The translations under genes were made by a program, and so were the position numbers. Positions 38,271 to 38,370 of a DNA stretch of 38,370 nucleotides are shown here, piece by piece. The DNA is taken from the NCBI GenBank assembly GCA_050729355.1, contig JBOHKZ010000046.1, forward strand, positions 1 through 38,370. Reading direction: 5' to 3'. This DNA comes from Phenylobacterium sp. Its GTDB lineage: Bacteria > Pseudomonadota > Alphaproteobacteria > Caulobacterales > Caulobacteraceae. A model generated the notes under the pieces. That model did not search any database, was not told where the DNA came from, and worked only from the letters and a program-made list of their open reading frames with translations. Position 1 is the stretch's first letter, and each line of letters begins with the position of its first letter.

Positions 38271-38370
38271 TCAGCCGTGTCCGGGGAATTTGGCCATGAC
38301 GCCACTGACGGCCGCGTCGATCATCGCCGGGTCCGATTTGCCAGGGTCGATCGTCTGAGTGGCTGAGCCG
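38271..38370 (-). CDS. C-terminal part of a protein truncated by the window edge, DUF4136-like
   Basis: Minus frame reads GSATQTIDPGKSDPAMIDAAVSGVMAKFPGHG*, like the I..AV..(I/V)M..FP ending of DUF4136 lipoproteins. Confidence 0.55.
   Translation of the reverse strand, partial: GSATQTIDPGKSDPAMIDAAVSGVMAKFPGHG

Overview
High-GC alphaproteobacterial chromosome segment, most likely Caulobacteraceae (Phenylobacterium/Caulobacter-like), judged from a PopA-type gene, a two-domain cold-shock gene and the Caulobacter-type PBP2 N-terminus. About 1-29 kb is mostly core genome: three tRNAs (Glu-TTC, Pro-TGG, Arg-TCT), a cspD-like gene, a sulfur amino-acid cluster (metC, lone aapJ, GNAT, sseA, cysK), cfa, an LPS-core run (kdsA-hldE-hldD-DUF3089), recG / sdhE-mfd, popA, a stand-alone PBP2, a CoA-transferase and yihY. 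About 29.5-38.4 kb looks more accessory: tusA, small winged-helix-like ORFs, VOC, frmA, a 2OG-Fe(II) oxygenase, a GST, a TPR-GT41 glycosyltransferase, an amidohydrolase gene remnant, two sensor-less transcription factors and an outer-membrane barrel. I see no integrase, transposase, CRISPR array or recognisable defence system, and I cannot claim a whole new system. Best leads: (i) a GNAT whose conserved N-terminus has no ATG/GTG/TTG and is in frame with the sseA TGA; (ii) an apparently catalytically dead DUF3089 hydrolase attached to the heptose genes; (iii) an orphan PBP2; (iv) a receiver-less, coiled-coil OmpR-type regulator beside an OGT/SPINDLY-like glycosyltransferase. All product calls come from reading motifs by eye; no searches were run.
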